Assembly: GCA_012295275.1 (NCBI GenBank)
Contig: CM022673.1
Coordinates: forward strand, 5,704,001-5,768,000
DNA from: Chrysomallon squamiferum
Taxonomy: Eukaryota > Animalia > Mollusca
Length of the DNA: 64,000 nt
Direction of reading: 5' to 3'
In this document: in pieces, positions 1-11,884 of the stretch
Position numbering within the stretch: position 1 is the stretch's first letter
Layout: the number at the start of each line of letters is the position of its first letter
Notes under the pieces: generated by a model
Seen by the model: the letters and a program-made list of their open reading frames with translations, nothing else
Databases searched by the model: none
Told to the model about the DNA's origin: nothing
Program-made: the position numbers and the translations under genes

Positions 1-533
1 CACACACACACAATATTATGTAATATATTACACATAAAAGAAAACAAAATTTCTTTCCCAAACATCAAAGTACAAAATATGCTGAAGAATTCAAATCATT
101 TGAGTTTACTTCTCGTTTCAACGAAAACGTTTCGACAGGCAAATAAAAACATGAACTCGATATGTTTATTATTTTCCTCAAGTTGAAGACCTGTAAACAG
201 TAACATGCTTTTGATCAACGTTAGCTGTGTGCCAAAGTAATTTTATTTAAATTTTAAAAAAAGGGACTAAATGGAGAAATAACTTTAAATAATATAATAA
301 ACAAACAAATAAAATAATTTTAATCAGTCAGTGAGTGAAAATTCGAAAATAATAGTAATAATAACATAAATAACAACAATTACAATAACAGCAGCAATAA
401 TCATTTTATTGTAGAATTCTAAGCGAGAGATAGAATGGCGACAATATAAAAAAAGGAGAGGATTGGAAAAAGAAAAAAGAAAAACGAAAACACAGAGAGA
501 GAGAGAGAGAGAGAGAGAATGGCTTGCAATATG

Positions 534-571
<38 letters not shown>

Positions 572-579
572 GTTTTCAG

Positions 580-2016
580 ACTAGCCTCTGCAAAGTTAAC
601 GGAAAATACCGACCATTTCCTTGTGTGGGACTATGGAGGCGCCTTAGTATTTGATGGGCTGTACGAAATCAACCAGACTTTTGGTATCAATTATGAGCTT
701 CTGCTGAACAAATTTCTTGACAGATATGAAACTAATCCTACGTCGTACGGGTACAAAGTCCTTCATAACATCACAGTTCCATTTTATAGAGCAATCGGAG
801 ACGAAATTGGCCTGTTTCCGATAAATTACCTCAACCGTGCTCTGCTAAAGCACAATATGACCGAGCCAGATTTTTACGTAGCCAGAAATGTCGTTGATGA
901 TTACATTCTCAAGTGGCCCAAAAGACTAAATGACGGTACCATAACACGATCAGAAGGTTGGCCTGGAGAACCTAAATTAGGCCCCACGTTTGTATGGGCA
1001 GACGACCAGTACATGGGTTTGACTCTCGCGGCTCGATTAGGACGAGTGTTAAAGAATCAACAGCTTATTAATTTTGTAGCCAGACAGCAGTTATCGTTCA
1101 TTCATCATCTGCAAGATCCACAGGATGGTCTGTTTTACCACGGCTACAACGACGCCGATCAGCATCACTCGTGTTGCAAATGGGGACGTGCTAATGGATG
1201 GTGCATCACTGCCTCTGTGGAAGTCCTCCTGGCACTTGAAGACTTCAAAGATTCCCAGCATGTACTGCGGGCGGACATTTTGAAAAGTTTTCAGAAGCAC
1301 GCTGAAGGAATGCTAAAGTACCAGTCAGATGATGGTCGTTGGCGACAAGTTGTAAACGAATCTAGTACGTTTTTGGAAACGTCGTGCACGGCGATGACTC
1401 TGAGTGCTTTGTCAAGGGCAGTCAGCAAAGGCTGGCTGGATAAAGACAAGTTTGGTCCCAGGCTTGACTTAGCTTGGAAGGGTCTGCAGAGTGTGCTCAA
1501 AGCTGATGGAACGGTTGACGGAGTTTGTAGTGGTACAGGTAAGATTTTAACTGTTACCAATTTTGATAATTTTCATTTTCTTTACCTCAGTAAAAGAATT
1601 TAGCTTTTTCTTGTTTTTAATTTTGATTTTGTAAATTTTCAAATTCTTCCGTTAAAGGAATGATTGTCTTTTATATATTTAAAATATAGTATTTATTTAT
1701 TTATAATTATATTTCAATAAATAGTAAAAATTGTTTTTCATACCACTCTCTGTTTGTATATCACAGATCACTATTGCTAATCTACCAATGTAACCTATAA
1801 AATGTGATTAATATCTAATAACCGCTGACATTCATTCATTCATGAACGTATTGTTATCTCGTTGAACATTGTTTATTTATAGGCATTCAGACATCAGTTA
1901 AGGATTATGAAAAAAGGCCGACGTCGTATCTGAACAGTCGCGCTGGTGGTGTAGGTTCTGTTCTTCATGCTGCAGTTCATTATTTTCTTCTCAAAACTAA
2001 CCAGCCAACCAACTAA
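580..2016 (+). CDS. Glycoside hydrolase family 105 (YteR-like unsaturated rhamnogalacturonyl/glucuronyl hydrolase), 5'-partial; exons 580-1538 and 1883-2016
   Basis: GH105/GH88-type motifs WDYGGALVFDGLY, VWADDQYMG, GLFYHGY, WGRANGW, GRWRQVV, ETSCTAM, VCSGTG. GT donor at 1539 (ACAG|GTAAG) and AG acceptor at 1881-1882 join in phase 1 to give GIQTSVKDYEKRPTSYLNSRAGGVGSVLHAA...TAA (2014-2016), the expected C-terminal helix. The poly-Tyr start of the track ORF is an (ATT)n repeat before a TTTTCAG acceptor (579), so the first exon lies upstream, probably outside the window. Confidence 0.88.
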
Positions 2017-2985
2017 CAGGGTTTGGAGGAAAAGGCACAAATTTTGATTTAAAAGACATTTATTCATGACGCTACATGGCATAATAATACTAATTAATTT
2101 GTTTGTTTCTTTGTTTATTGTTATTTTGAAAAATAGAAATGATTAATTAATTAATTTGTTTCTTTATTATTGATTTTGTGATTCATCTGGCATTATTCAT
2201 GAATTTTTTATTTATTTATTTATTTTATTTAAATTTACGAACAACATTCTCGGGTGCCGCAGAATAGTAGGCCAATCTTAACAAATAATTTAATTTATTC
2301 TTTTCTTATTTTTCATTTTTCTTTCTTTCTTTTTGTCAAGTAATAAACAAAATCAGCTGAACATTATTTAAGCATTTACAATTAAACAGTTACTAAAAAA
2401 AACCCAGCTCAGTACTCAATTTTCGAGTCCGCAGTTAGGGTCTGTCCGAAATAAGGACGGATTATAATATTAACCAACTGACTTGAAATAGACGTTCAAA
2501 TGTCTCCGTTTGCTTCAAAATGATTAACCATTTCAGGATGTAGATATGTACATATTGTATCGTTTGTCATATTTTAATTTTATTACTATTGTTTAAGTGA
2601 GAATTTATAAAACAGATAAAAAAATAATGTAGACAGTCGAACTGTGAAAAACGCAGACGATAAGAATTAAGAAGAGAAGTTGAAACTTAGAACAGGCAAG
2701 TTGAACATATTTATCACAAATTAGCATCTCCTAGGAAAATGTCGAAAGTTATTATTTTTATTTGTTTTCTCCACCGGTAAAGTTTCTTTCTAAACACCGA
2801 AATATATATATTTTTTTAAATATGGTTCAATGTCGTAGAAGAAACCATAAAGAGCCGAAAAATGACGTTAAAACTTTTAATAAAAATAAAGACATGTTTA
2901 CTTGTGATAATATAATCTTTCTTCATCCTCTTCTTTTCTTAATGCAGAAATACATGAAACAAAATGTAAAACAAAACGGCTGAAA

Positions 2986-4587
2986 ATGACCACCAAATCG
3001 CTGATTCTGTTAATATTTGGTATAATTACCACTTTGCACGCCGAATTATTTACATCAGTGGAACATTTAGAGAATTCGGTACATGTCGAAAATTCGATGA
3101 TTAAAATACTGAACCTTTATACAAAAAGCTTTAACAGTGGAAAACAACGGGAAAAGTTCAAATCAATTATAGAAAAGATGGAAAATCATAATTCAAATGC
3201 CATGAAGAATCCGTACTATTACATAGCTAACCCAATAGGTGCATTTTTGTTTGTTAAACGTTTTACTTTAGACTGGGATCGAGTAGTTGATAATATACTT
3301 AAGTCTGTTCGGATGTCACAAGATCTTCAAAATGAGGTGGACATTTTACGTCAAAACCTCCCCAACTATGAAGATCTGGAAGGTGTAGTTGAATCAATGT
3401 TTCGAGTTCAAGACACATACCAGTTAAACACAACACACATTGCAGAAGGTTACATCAACGGACACTACATTCATCCACTCTCGGCAGAAGACTGTTTTCA
3501 TTTAGGTCGGCTTGCTTATAGAAATAAAGATTATTATCACACGCACTTATGGATGAAGACTGCTCTTGAAAGAGTGCAGAATGAAGCGAACAAAACCATC
3601 AGTCGACTGAAGATTTTAAAATATTTTATCAACGCTACCAGAAAACAGGGTAACATCAGACATGCCTTGTCACTCACAAACGAAATACTGAAGATAAATC
3701 CGAGACATAAGCAAGGCTTGAAATACAAATCTTATTTTGAAGAAAAGATTAATAAGATACAAAAACAAACAGGATTTGAACCAGGAGAAGCAGTTCCCAT
3801 CAAAAACGAGCGAATTTTACCAGAATACAAACAGTCCGATACATTTCGAAATTATGAATCTCTGTGTCGAGGTGAAGAACTAAAAATGCAAGATACGGCT
3901 GTTTTAAGATGTCGTTACCATAACAACAACGATCACCCGCTTTTAATTATTCAACCTGCAAAAGAAGAAGAGCTACACCTGCACCCTAAAGTCGTCGTCT
4001 ATCACGACTTTATCAGTGACACTGAAATCGACGTCATCAAATCTCTCTCGATTACAAATTTGGTCAGATCCCTTATACTTAATGACGAAACTGAAAAATC
4101 GGAACCTGTGTCATACAGAATTTCTAAACATGCTTGGATAAACCAGTATGAGAACTCGGCTGTTGATAGAATGTCCAGAAGAATCGAAGCTATAACAGGT
4201 CTGACAATGGACACTGCAGAGTCACTGCAAGTAGCGAATTACGGAGTAGGAGGGCAATACGAACAGCATTACGATTTCGCCAGGGAGAACGAGGAAGAAT
4301 TTTTTAAAACTTTAGAAGGAGGGAACAGAATAGCTACGTGGCTCAACTATATGAGTGATGTACCTGAAGGAGGGGCCACTGTGTTTCCTTTGCTTGGTGT
4401 CAAGATATCGCCACAGAAGGGTGCGGCAGCATTTTGGTATAATTTGTACAGAAATGGAAAAGGAATAGATGACGTGATTCATGCTGCTTGTCCAGTTGCT
4501 ATAGGTTCTAAGTGGGTTTCTTCCAAATGGTTGAATGTACGAGGCCAAGAATATAGACGACCTTGTTCTGTAAATCCTAGGCTGTAG
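2986..4587 (+). CDS. P4HA: Prolyl 4-hydroxylase alpha subunit, intronless CDS, 533 aa (copy 1, intact)
   Basis: Signal peptide MTTKSLILLIFGIITTLHA|ELFTS; N-domain motifs NPIGAFLFVKRFTLDW and FRVQDTYQL; TPR region LSAEDCFHLGRLAY; catalytic domain YESLCRGE, LQVANYGVGGQYEQHYD, GNRIATWLNYMSDV, HAACPV, KW and RGQEYRRPC with the Fe-binding H-x-D...H and the 2-oxoglutarate-binding K. Confidence 0.95.
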   Translation: MTTKSLILLIFGIITTLHAELFTSVEHLENSVHVENSMIKILNLYTKSFNSGKQREKFKSIIEKMENHNSNAMKNPYYYIANPIGAFLFVKRFTLDWDRVVDNILKSVRMSQDLQNEVDILRQNLPNYEDLEGVVESMFRVQDTYQLNTTHIAEGYINGHYIHPLSAEDCFHLGRLAYRNKDYYHTHLWMKTALERVQNEANKTISRLKILKYFINATRKQGNIRHALSLTNEILKINPRHKQGLKYKSYFEEKINKIQKQTGFEPGEAVPIKNERILPEYKQSDTFRNYESLCRGEELKMQDTAVLRCRYHNNNDHPLLIIQPAKEEELHLHPKVVVYHDFISDTEIDVIKSLSITNLVRSLILNDETEKSEPVSYRISKHAWINQYENSAVDRMSRRIEAITGLTMDTAESLQVANYGVGGQYEQHYDFARENEEEFFKTLEGGNRIATWLNYMSDVPEGGATVFPLLGVKISPQKGAAAFWYNLYRNGKGIDDVIHAACPVAIGSKWVSSKWLNVRGQEYRRPCSVNPRL

Positions 4588-5453
4588 AGCTGCGCTAATT
4601 GTATTTTTAAGATAAGTGTACAATTAAAATATTAGTTAATGAATTATGGTTTTGATCCTTTTTGAATTTTTGAATTCTTAGCAAGTTGAGATAAGTACTT
4701 CGTGGCAATCATGGCAATAGACAGATTAGTACTCGACCTGTCTACGTTGATTTTCATCATAGCAAGATAACCTAAATGTAATCTGAAAGTTCACCATCAA
4801 GTTCTTTTAAATCTGCACAGTTATAGCAATTAAATAAAACCATCAAAGATACAAATACTGATTCTTTACAAAATAAAATAAATACTTTGCTAAATCTTAT
4901 TCACACCAGCGAAAGGAATTCTGTCAGCTGTCACGACAGAGTGTTGTGAAAATTTAACCAGTGTATTATAATCAAATATTAGATCTTTAAATTCGTGATC
5001 TTCTGTTGCTAAAAAAACACCTCTGAGACATATTTGATGGATGTAGTAGGGGAATAAGAGAAAACAAAAATAAAACATTAATAATGCAAAAAATAAATAA
5101 AAATGTGATTTTCTTTAGCTACTAATTATTATTTTAAAATAAATAAATAAATAAATAAATCTACCATAGACTTCCCTTCCTCCCCATTAAATGAAAAGAG
5201 TATTCATCAAAAAAAAGGTGACACTCCCAGCTCGTTTCGCCCTCAGAAAAGGAGGTGTGATTCGTTCTCGTGGTCTTGGTCATTTGTCTGTGTTACGTGA
5301 TAATGATAACAACAACAACAACAACAAATTCGTTTGTTTTTTTTGTGTGTTTTTTTAGAAACCCACAAACAAACACCATCACAAAAAAAAAAAAAAAAAA
5401 AAAATATATATATATAAATATATAAAAATCATAAATGAAAACAAAGAAAGCAT

Positions 5454-7382
5454 TTAAATTGCCCCAGCCGGCTTAGGCATTAATATTGTCACTATTCGGT
5501 CACTAATACATTCAGGGAGATTCCAGAATAACCAAAGGAAATACTTGCTGAGATCCCCTGGCATGTATCGAGCCCTGGGAAATCTGGAGGTAACGGCGTG
5601 TACGTAATCGTCAACAACTAGTGACGTGTTTGGGTTTGCAGCTGTTCCCATCAGTTTTCTTGTCATTTCGCAAACTGAAAAACAATTTTAAGACTCATAA
5701 CGTATTCACTAGACACTGTTATGTCATTACACTGTCAAATCTGAAACTAACGTATCCACATCCCTTGCATCGATTCATACCTGTGTGTAAATGTGTGTGT
5801 GTGTATGTTTGTGTGTGCGTGCGTGTGTGTGTGTACACATTAGGAGTTTTAATAGGAAAAGACAGCATATATGGACGGACAGACAGACAGATATTCACTG
5901 TTAAAAACACCATACAATTCATTTCATCGTTACCTTGCTTCAAGTAACTTTTTCCGTAGAATGTCTGCATTTCTGGACAAATTTGGTTGAAAGCTGTTTG
6001 AATTGTTTCTGTCACGTTTTGAATTATTGGTGTTTTAAATGTGAGTGGTTCAATAATGTGAACTGAAATTCCCTCTTTGTATAATTCACGTCTGAAAAAA
6101 AAAAAAAAAAAAATCAAAAACATCTATATAATTCATTTTTGAAAAAAAAAAAAAAAAAAAATGTATTCCAAAAATGTATTTAAACAAAAATACATTAATA
6201 AATTAAAAAACAGAGAAACAATAAAAAATTAAAAAAAACAAACAAACAAACAAACAAACAAAACAAGCACAACTCAACTAAGCTAAAGTAAATAATCAGG
6301 TTGTTGATCATAAAAATCGCTCAGAATTGACAAATTTTCAATCTGTTGTATCGTGAAATATAAAAACTCGATAACTTTAAAATTTTTAATTTGTTAAATA
6401 TTGCATAGAGATAACATAACCAAATATGTTGTCATGAGTTTGATTTAGGTTTGTATCAAAATAATCATCGACTTGCAAATTATCTAACTTGATTCGCACG
6501 GCAACCATTAGTAAGAAAGAGCAACAAATAAACATCATACCTCAAACAGTCAGAAAACGCCTCTACTCCGAACTTGGAAATACAATAAGCAACAGCGCCA
6601 AAGGCAAATCGTCCTGAAAAACTGGAACAATTAACAATTCGACCTCTTTCTCTTCTGATTAAAGGTAAAAATGTTCTGCAAAGTTCCATCATTCCGTACA
6701 GGTTGACCTCCATCACTTTTTTGGTTTCGGACAAGGGAAACCATTCAGAAGGGCCACCTGCCCCTGGGATACCTGCATTGTTTATCAAAGCCCATAAACC
6801 TATTTAGAAAAAAAAGACACAAAATATAATAGTAATTTTATTGTTATTTAGTTTATCTGTATTTTTATCGTAGCTGTTACAAAACAATAAAGTATTCTTC
6901 TTCTTCTTATTATTATTATTAGTAGTAGTAGCAGCAGTAGTAGCAGTAGTAGTTGTAGTAATGTACATTAAATCTGCAAAAGTGGTCTCCTTCAGATCTC
7001 GGCTAAGTGAAGCTAAACAATGTAATTGTAACTTAATAAATTCCATTACGAAATATATACCCGTGTTTTCTGGTAGTTCCTTGCATACCAGCTTAAAAAC
7101 ATCGTTGATTTTCTGTTCGTCTGTAACATCTAGATCCACAGTGATTAATCTGGATGACGTGTCCTGTTTAAGCGTCTTTGCCCCCTCAGTCGTCAAACAA
7201 GCAGCAAACACATGAAAGCCCATCGAATCCAGACGTTTTGCAAGAAGACTTCCAAATCCGCTGTCGCATCCTGAGATAAATACATACCTAGACTCATAGT
7301 CGTTTATCGTAAGTAAACCAAACAGCCATCGTATGGTAAAGAAACCGATAATCAGTCCAGTGGTGATCACAAGAAGAAGCAT
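5454..7382 (-). CDS. Short-chain dehydrogenase/reductase of the RDH/HSD17B6/DHRS9 (SDR9C) type; exons 7382-7061, 6799-6541, 6091-5934, 5674-5454
   Basis: N-terminal membrane anchor, VFISGCDSGFG cofactor motif, GLWALINNAG, catalytic YCISK, VEAFSDCLRREL, HAVTSRFPRARY. All three introns are GT-AG and phase compatible (1, 2, 1). Confidence 0.92.
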
Positions 7383-7647
7383 TATGGTATCTTCTAAAAT
7401 AATATATATAATTATTCACATTTGCTAGCATTTGTCTTAAGCTAAAAATCTGCATATATTTTTAAAATAATGTATAAGAGTTTTTAAAATAATCTATCTT
7501 TATTTGGTTAATAAAGAAACAATAACATAAAAATACATTCTGAAAGTTCTATAATAAATAATATATATAATTTATATTATTTGTTTCTTCATGAATTTAT
7601 GTTTAACCAATTACAAAATAAATAAATAAATAAAACAAATATTAATT

Positions 7648-7835
7648 ACTTACATTTCCCTTTTTTTTACACACACACACACACACACACATTTATTTCT
7701 TTATTGTTTCACTTTTTACTCTTCTGCACGAAAATGTTACATATAGCGGTCAAAATGATATCGCATTAATATTTTATATAGCCACATGCAAGTGCATATT
7801 ATTGGTTTAATACAGTAATACATAGACCAATCAGA
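7648..7835 (-). promoter_or_regulatory. Putative core promoter and non-coding first exon of the SDR gene
   Basis: Minus-strand TATATAAAA at ~7772-7780, CCAAT boxes at 7801-7805 and 7827-7831, a GTAAGT donor at 7653-7648 and a TTTTAG acceptor at 7395-7394, 11 nt before the ATG. Confidence 0.5.
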
Positions 7836-9733
7836 ATACAGGCATCTCTGTGCAAGAACGACCATATATTTATAAACACTATAACAATTAGCAAACCATT
7901 AAGGGGTAAATATTAATTCAGAAACAAAACCTTTGTATGAAGTTGTTTTACAGATCCCAGGTACTCATCTAGCTGTAGGATAACTTACTTCATACTATGA
8001 ACAATGTGAGAGCCGAGTCCGAAATGGGCAGTCGGAACAGATCGAAAACGAGGTCAGGTTAAACCAACAACAACCCTCTTCCTTTGTTACACTGTACGAA
8101 TCACCGGATTTATTGCGCTTTATGTAAACCGGTAACAATACGTAACTAAATATTTCGTATTATCTAGTTTCTAGATAAGCCATTAGCTGCCTTCTAATTA
8201 CGCATTATAGTTAGTACTTTATTATACAAAGTTCATGTACATATTTTTGTTTTTTTTCGTTCGAACATCTTCGTCTGCTTTAAAACAAGGTTTGCCTTTT
8301 AATTTTAAAATTTTCATTCATTCATTTGAATTTTATAAATTGTTTGCCTTTTTTATTTTTCAAAATCAAATTAACAAAATCAGTTGTACGTTATTTAACT
8401 ACATTAAACAGTGTTTTTTTACGTTCAAAATCTTCGTTGCTTCAAAACAGATATTTGAGTTGAAAAAAATATATATAATAATAAAATAATAATAATAAAA
8501 ATAATAAATAAATAAATATTTTCATGAAAAATTAAACAAGTTAAATTATTAAATGTTTTTATTAAAATACAAAGTATAGTTTCCTTATTGACATAAAATT
8601 CCAAATACATGTATATCAATTGGTACTCTTTGAGAAAAGTTACACACATTTTCTACTGTTTATTACAACTGCAAATTTAGCAATGTTAAAATCTCGGGAA
8701 GTTTATCATAAAAATTTATTTCAACAAAAAATAAATTGATGATTTCCAAGAAAAAAAAAAAATTCGTCGTTCAGATTTTTCCAGACATCGGTGACGTTGG
8801 GTCGTGACGTAATGAAAGTGCCTACAATAAAAATTAAGGAAAGAAATTGAAAGAAATAAACATTGATTATAACACTATTTCATAGACAGGCAAGTTATTT
8901 ATAACAAATTAATATTTCCTAGGAGCATTCTTTATTTATGTATTTATTTATTTATTATTATTATTATTTTAATTTTTAATTTTTTTAAATTTTAGTTTTA
9001 ATTTTTTTATGAGAAATGTTTGTAGAAATTGAGAAATATATATATATATATATATATGATTCAAAGCCGTAGACTATATCCTAAAGAACCGAAAAAAAAA
9101 AAAAAAAAAAAATCTTTGTTATGAATATTCATCTTCATTTTCATTTTACGTTTTTAAGCACGCTTCTTATAGGTATTTTGCAAAGTTGTATTTACATTCA
9201 ACCTGCTTGAACAGGAAAAGGTTCCATTGAAAAAAAAAAAAAAAAAACCCACGTCGAATCAGATCACGTGACCTAATTCCGGTACAACTATTTCGTCTTT
9301 ACAAAACTAATAACATTTCTTTTTCCCAGCTGAGGACTTTCATGGCCTATTACTATACACCTTTTGTGTTTTGATTTAATCTTTCAATAGTAAATGTAAA
9401 AAGAACAACACGCGACAAATCTACTTGGCGCTATGTTAATGAGAAAAAGAAAGAAAGAAAGAAATAACCTAATTCAATCTCTATAAAATCCACCAGTAAT
9501 TACGTGCAACAGACAAAAACAAGATATATGGAATATTCAGAGAGACAGTCCCCTTCAGAAGATTAACCTTAGCAATGGTGCCAGCTTCTTTTTGTTTTTC
9601 CCGTGATGTCATGAAAGTGCATATTATAAGTAAACAAAATACATTACATTTTTTTTCCCTTCACAAATGCGATAAAGTCATTCTTTTTTTCCATATCTTC
9701 TTCTTTTTTTAATATAGAAAAAAGCTGTTAATA

Positions 9734-11329
9734 ATGACTATCAAACCGCTGTTGCTGTTAATATTTAGCATTATTACATACTCTGCATGCCGAAATATTT
9801 ACATCATTGTAACATTTACAGAATTCGGTTTTACAGAACAATGGATGATCAGAATTCTAAAAGGTTACATTGAAAGTGTTAATAAAGGAAAGGAGCTGGA
9901 AGAATTTAAATCAGTTATAGAAAACATGGAAAATGATAATTCAAAAGCCTTGAAAAATCCGTACTATTACATAGCTAACCCACTTGGTTCATTTTTGTTT
10001 GTAAAACGTTTTACTTTAGACTGGGATCGAGTAGTTGTTAATATACTTAAATCTTTTCGGATATCACAAGATCTTCAAAATGAGGTGGACATTTTACGTC
10101 AAAATCTTCCCAACTATGAAGATCTGGAAGGTGTAGTTGAATCAATGTTTCGAGTTCAAGACACTAACCAGTTAAACACAACACACATTGCAGAAGGTTA
10201 CATCAACGGACACTACATTCATCCACTCGGCTGAAGACTGTTTTCATTTAGGTCGGCTTGCTTATAAAAATAAAGATTATTATCACACACATTTATGGAT
10301 GAAAACTGCTCTTGAAAGAGAGCAGACTGAAACAAACAAAACGATTAGTCGACTGAAGATTTTAAGTTATTTTATCAATGCGACTAAAAACAGGGTAACA
10401 TCAGACATGCCTTGTCACTCACAAATGAAATACTAAAAATAACTCCGAACCAGAAGCAAGCTTTGAAGTACAAAGTACATTTTGAAGAAAAAATTAAAAG
10501 GACAGAAAAGCAAACAGGATTTGGACTCGGAGAAGCAATTGCCATCAAAAACGAGCGAAGTTTAAAAAATCGCAAAACGACTGATATATTTCGAAAGTAT
10601 GAGTCTCTGTGTCGCGGTGAAGAACTGAAAACAGAAAATAAGTCTTTTTTAAGATGTCATTACCATAGCAACAACAATCACCCGTTGTTAATTCGTCAAC
10701 CTGCGAAAGATGAAGAGCTATACCTGCACCCTAAAATGGTCGTCTATCACAACGTTGTCAGTGACGCGGAGATCGATGTCATCAAATCATTGGCAAAACC
10801 GGACTTAATCAGAACTTAGCGATTTTATTCCAATGGAAGAGGTAAACCTGCTCAGTACAGAATATCTAAGCATGCTTGGATAAATTCTCATCGAAACTGC
10901 AATGTTGGCAAAATATCCAGAAGAATCGAGGCAATAACCAGCTTGGCATTAGACACGGCAGAATTGCTACAGGTGGCAAATTATGGAGTACGTGGATACT
11001 ATGAACAACATTACGATTTTGCCAATGACAACGAACAAGTATATAGTGTTTCTTTAAAAGAAGGGAACAGAATTGCTACCTGGCTCAGCTATATGAGTGA
11101 TGTAACTGCTAGAGGGGCCACCGTGTTTCCTGTGCATGGTGTGAAAATTAACCCAGAAAAGGGTGCGGTAGCATTTTGGTACCATTTGTACAGGAATGGT
11201 AAAGGTATACTCGAGATGATACATGCAGCTTGTCCAGTTGCTGTTGGTTCTAAGTGGGTGTTTACAAAATGGATTAATGAACGCGGACGGGAATTTAGGC
11301 GACCATGTTCACTGAATCCAGAACTATAG
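9734..11329 (+). pseudogene. P4HA paralog (copy 2), intronless, disrupted
   Basis: Collinear with copy 1 from ATG to stop but split into four ORFs: indels around 9780-9840 with GAA>TAA in the ancestral frame (~9810), 2-bp loss near 10227, 1-bp loss near 10385, stop at 10817-10819. Catalytic HYD, HAACPV and KW are retained. Confidence 0.85.
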
Positions 11330-11820
11330 AACTGTGTTAATTATTTTATTTTAGATTAGGTATTATTCTGAGTATTGATTAAGAATTATTGTTTTGACTT
11401 CATGTTCTTGTATATACGTTTTTAAACAATTATTTGTAAACAGCAGAAATGCATAAAATGGTTACTGGCTTGAAGAATATGTACAACTATTATATCATAT
11501 TCTTTTAGAAAACAATCTTTGGTACTAATAAGATAATAGAAAAGCGAGTAAACCATTGGAATAGTTGCTGCTTTAAATTATATTTCCCTAATTTTATTAC
11601 ACGTTATCTCCGATTATGTGGTTTGCGTATTGGTCTTCTAAATATTTTACTACCATTTGTTGTGCTGCTTTAGTTCATACATAAAAATATTATATAAAAC
11701 TGTCTAAGCTCAGGTTAGCTTATCAAAACAATGAATTTTTCTACCTCTGATCATATAATTAGCCAACATCCATTATTCATTAAAAATACAATAATTCTAA
11801 AAAAACACGTTAAAATTATT

Positions 11821-11824
<4 letters not shown>

Positions 11825-11882
<58 letters not shown>
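11825..11882. repeat. (AG)n microsatellite
   Basis: Uninterrupted AG dinucleotide run. Confidence 0.95.

Positions 11883-11884
<2 letters not shown>

Noticed and set aside
463-579. Poly-Tyr or poly-Leu N-terminus (signal-peptide-like) for the GH105 ORF
   Set aside because: Translation of an (ATT)n microsatellite in front of a canonical TTTTCAG acceptor; the Leu frame and the ATG frame at 519 do not join the GH105 frame.
8790-9510. CRE, E-box and HRE-like words upstream of P4HA copy 2
   Set aside because: Short motifs expected by chance and not clearly conserved upstream of copy 1.
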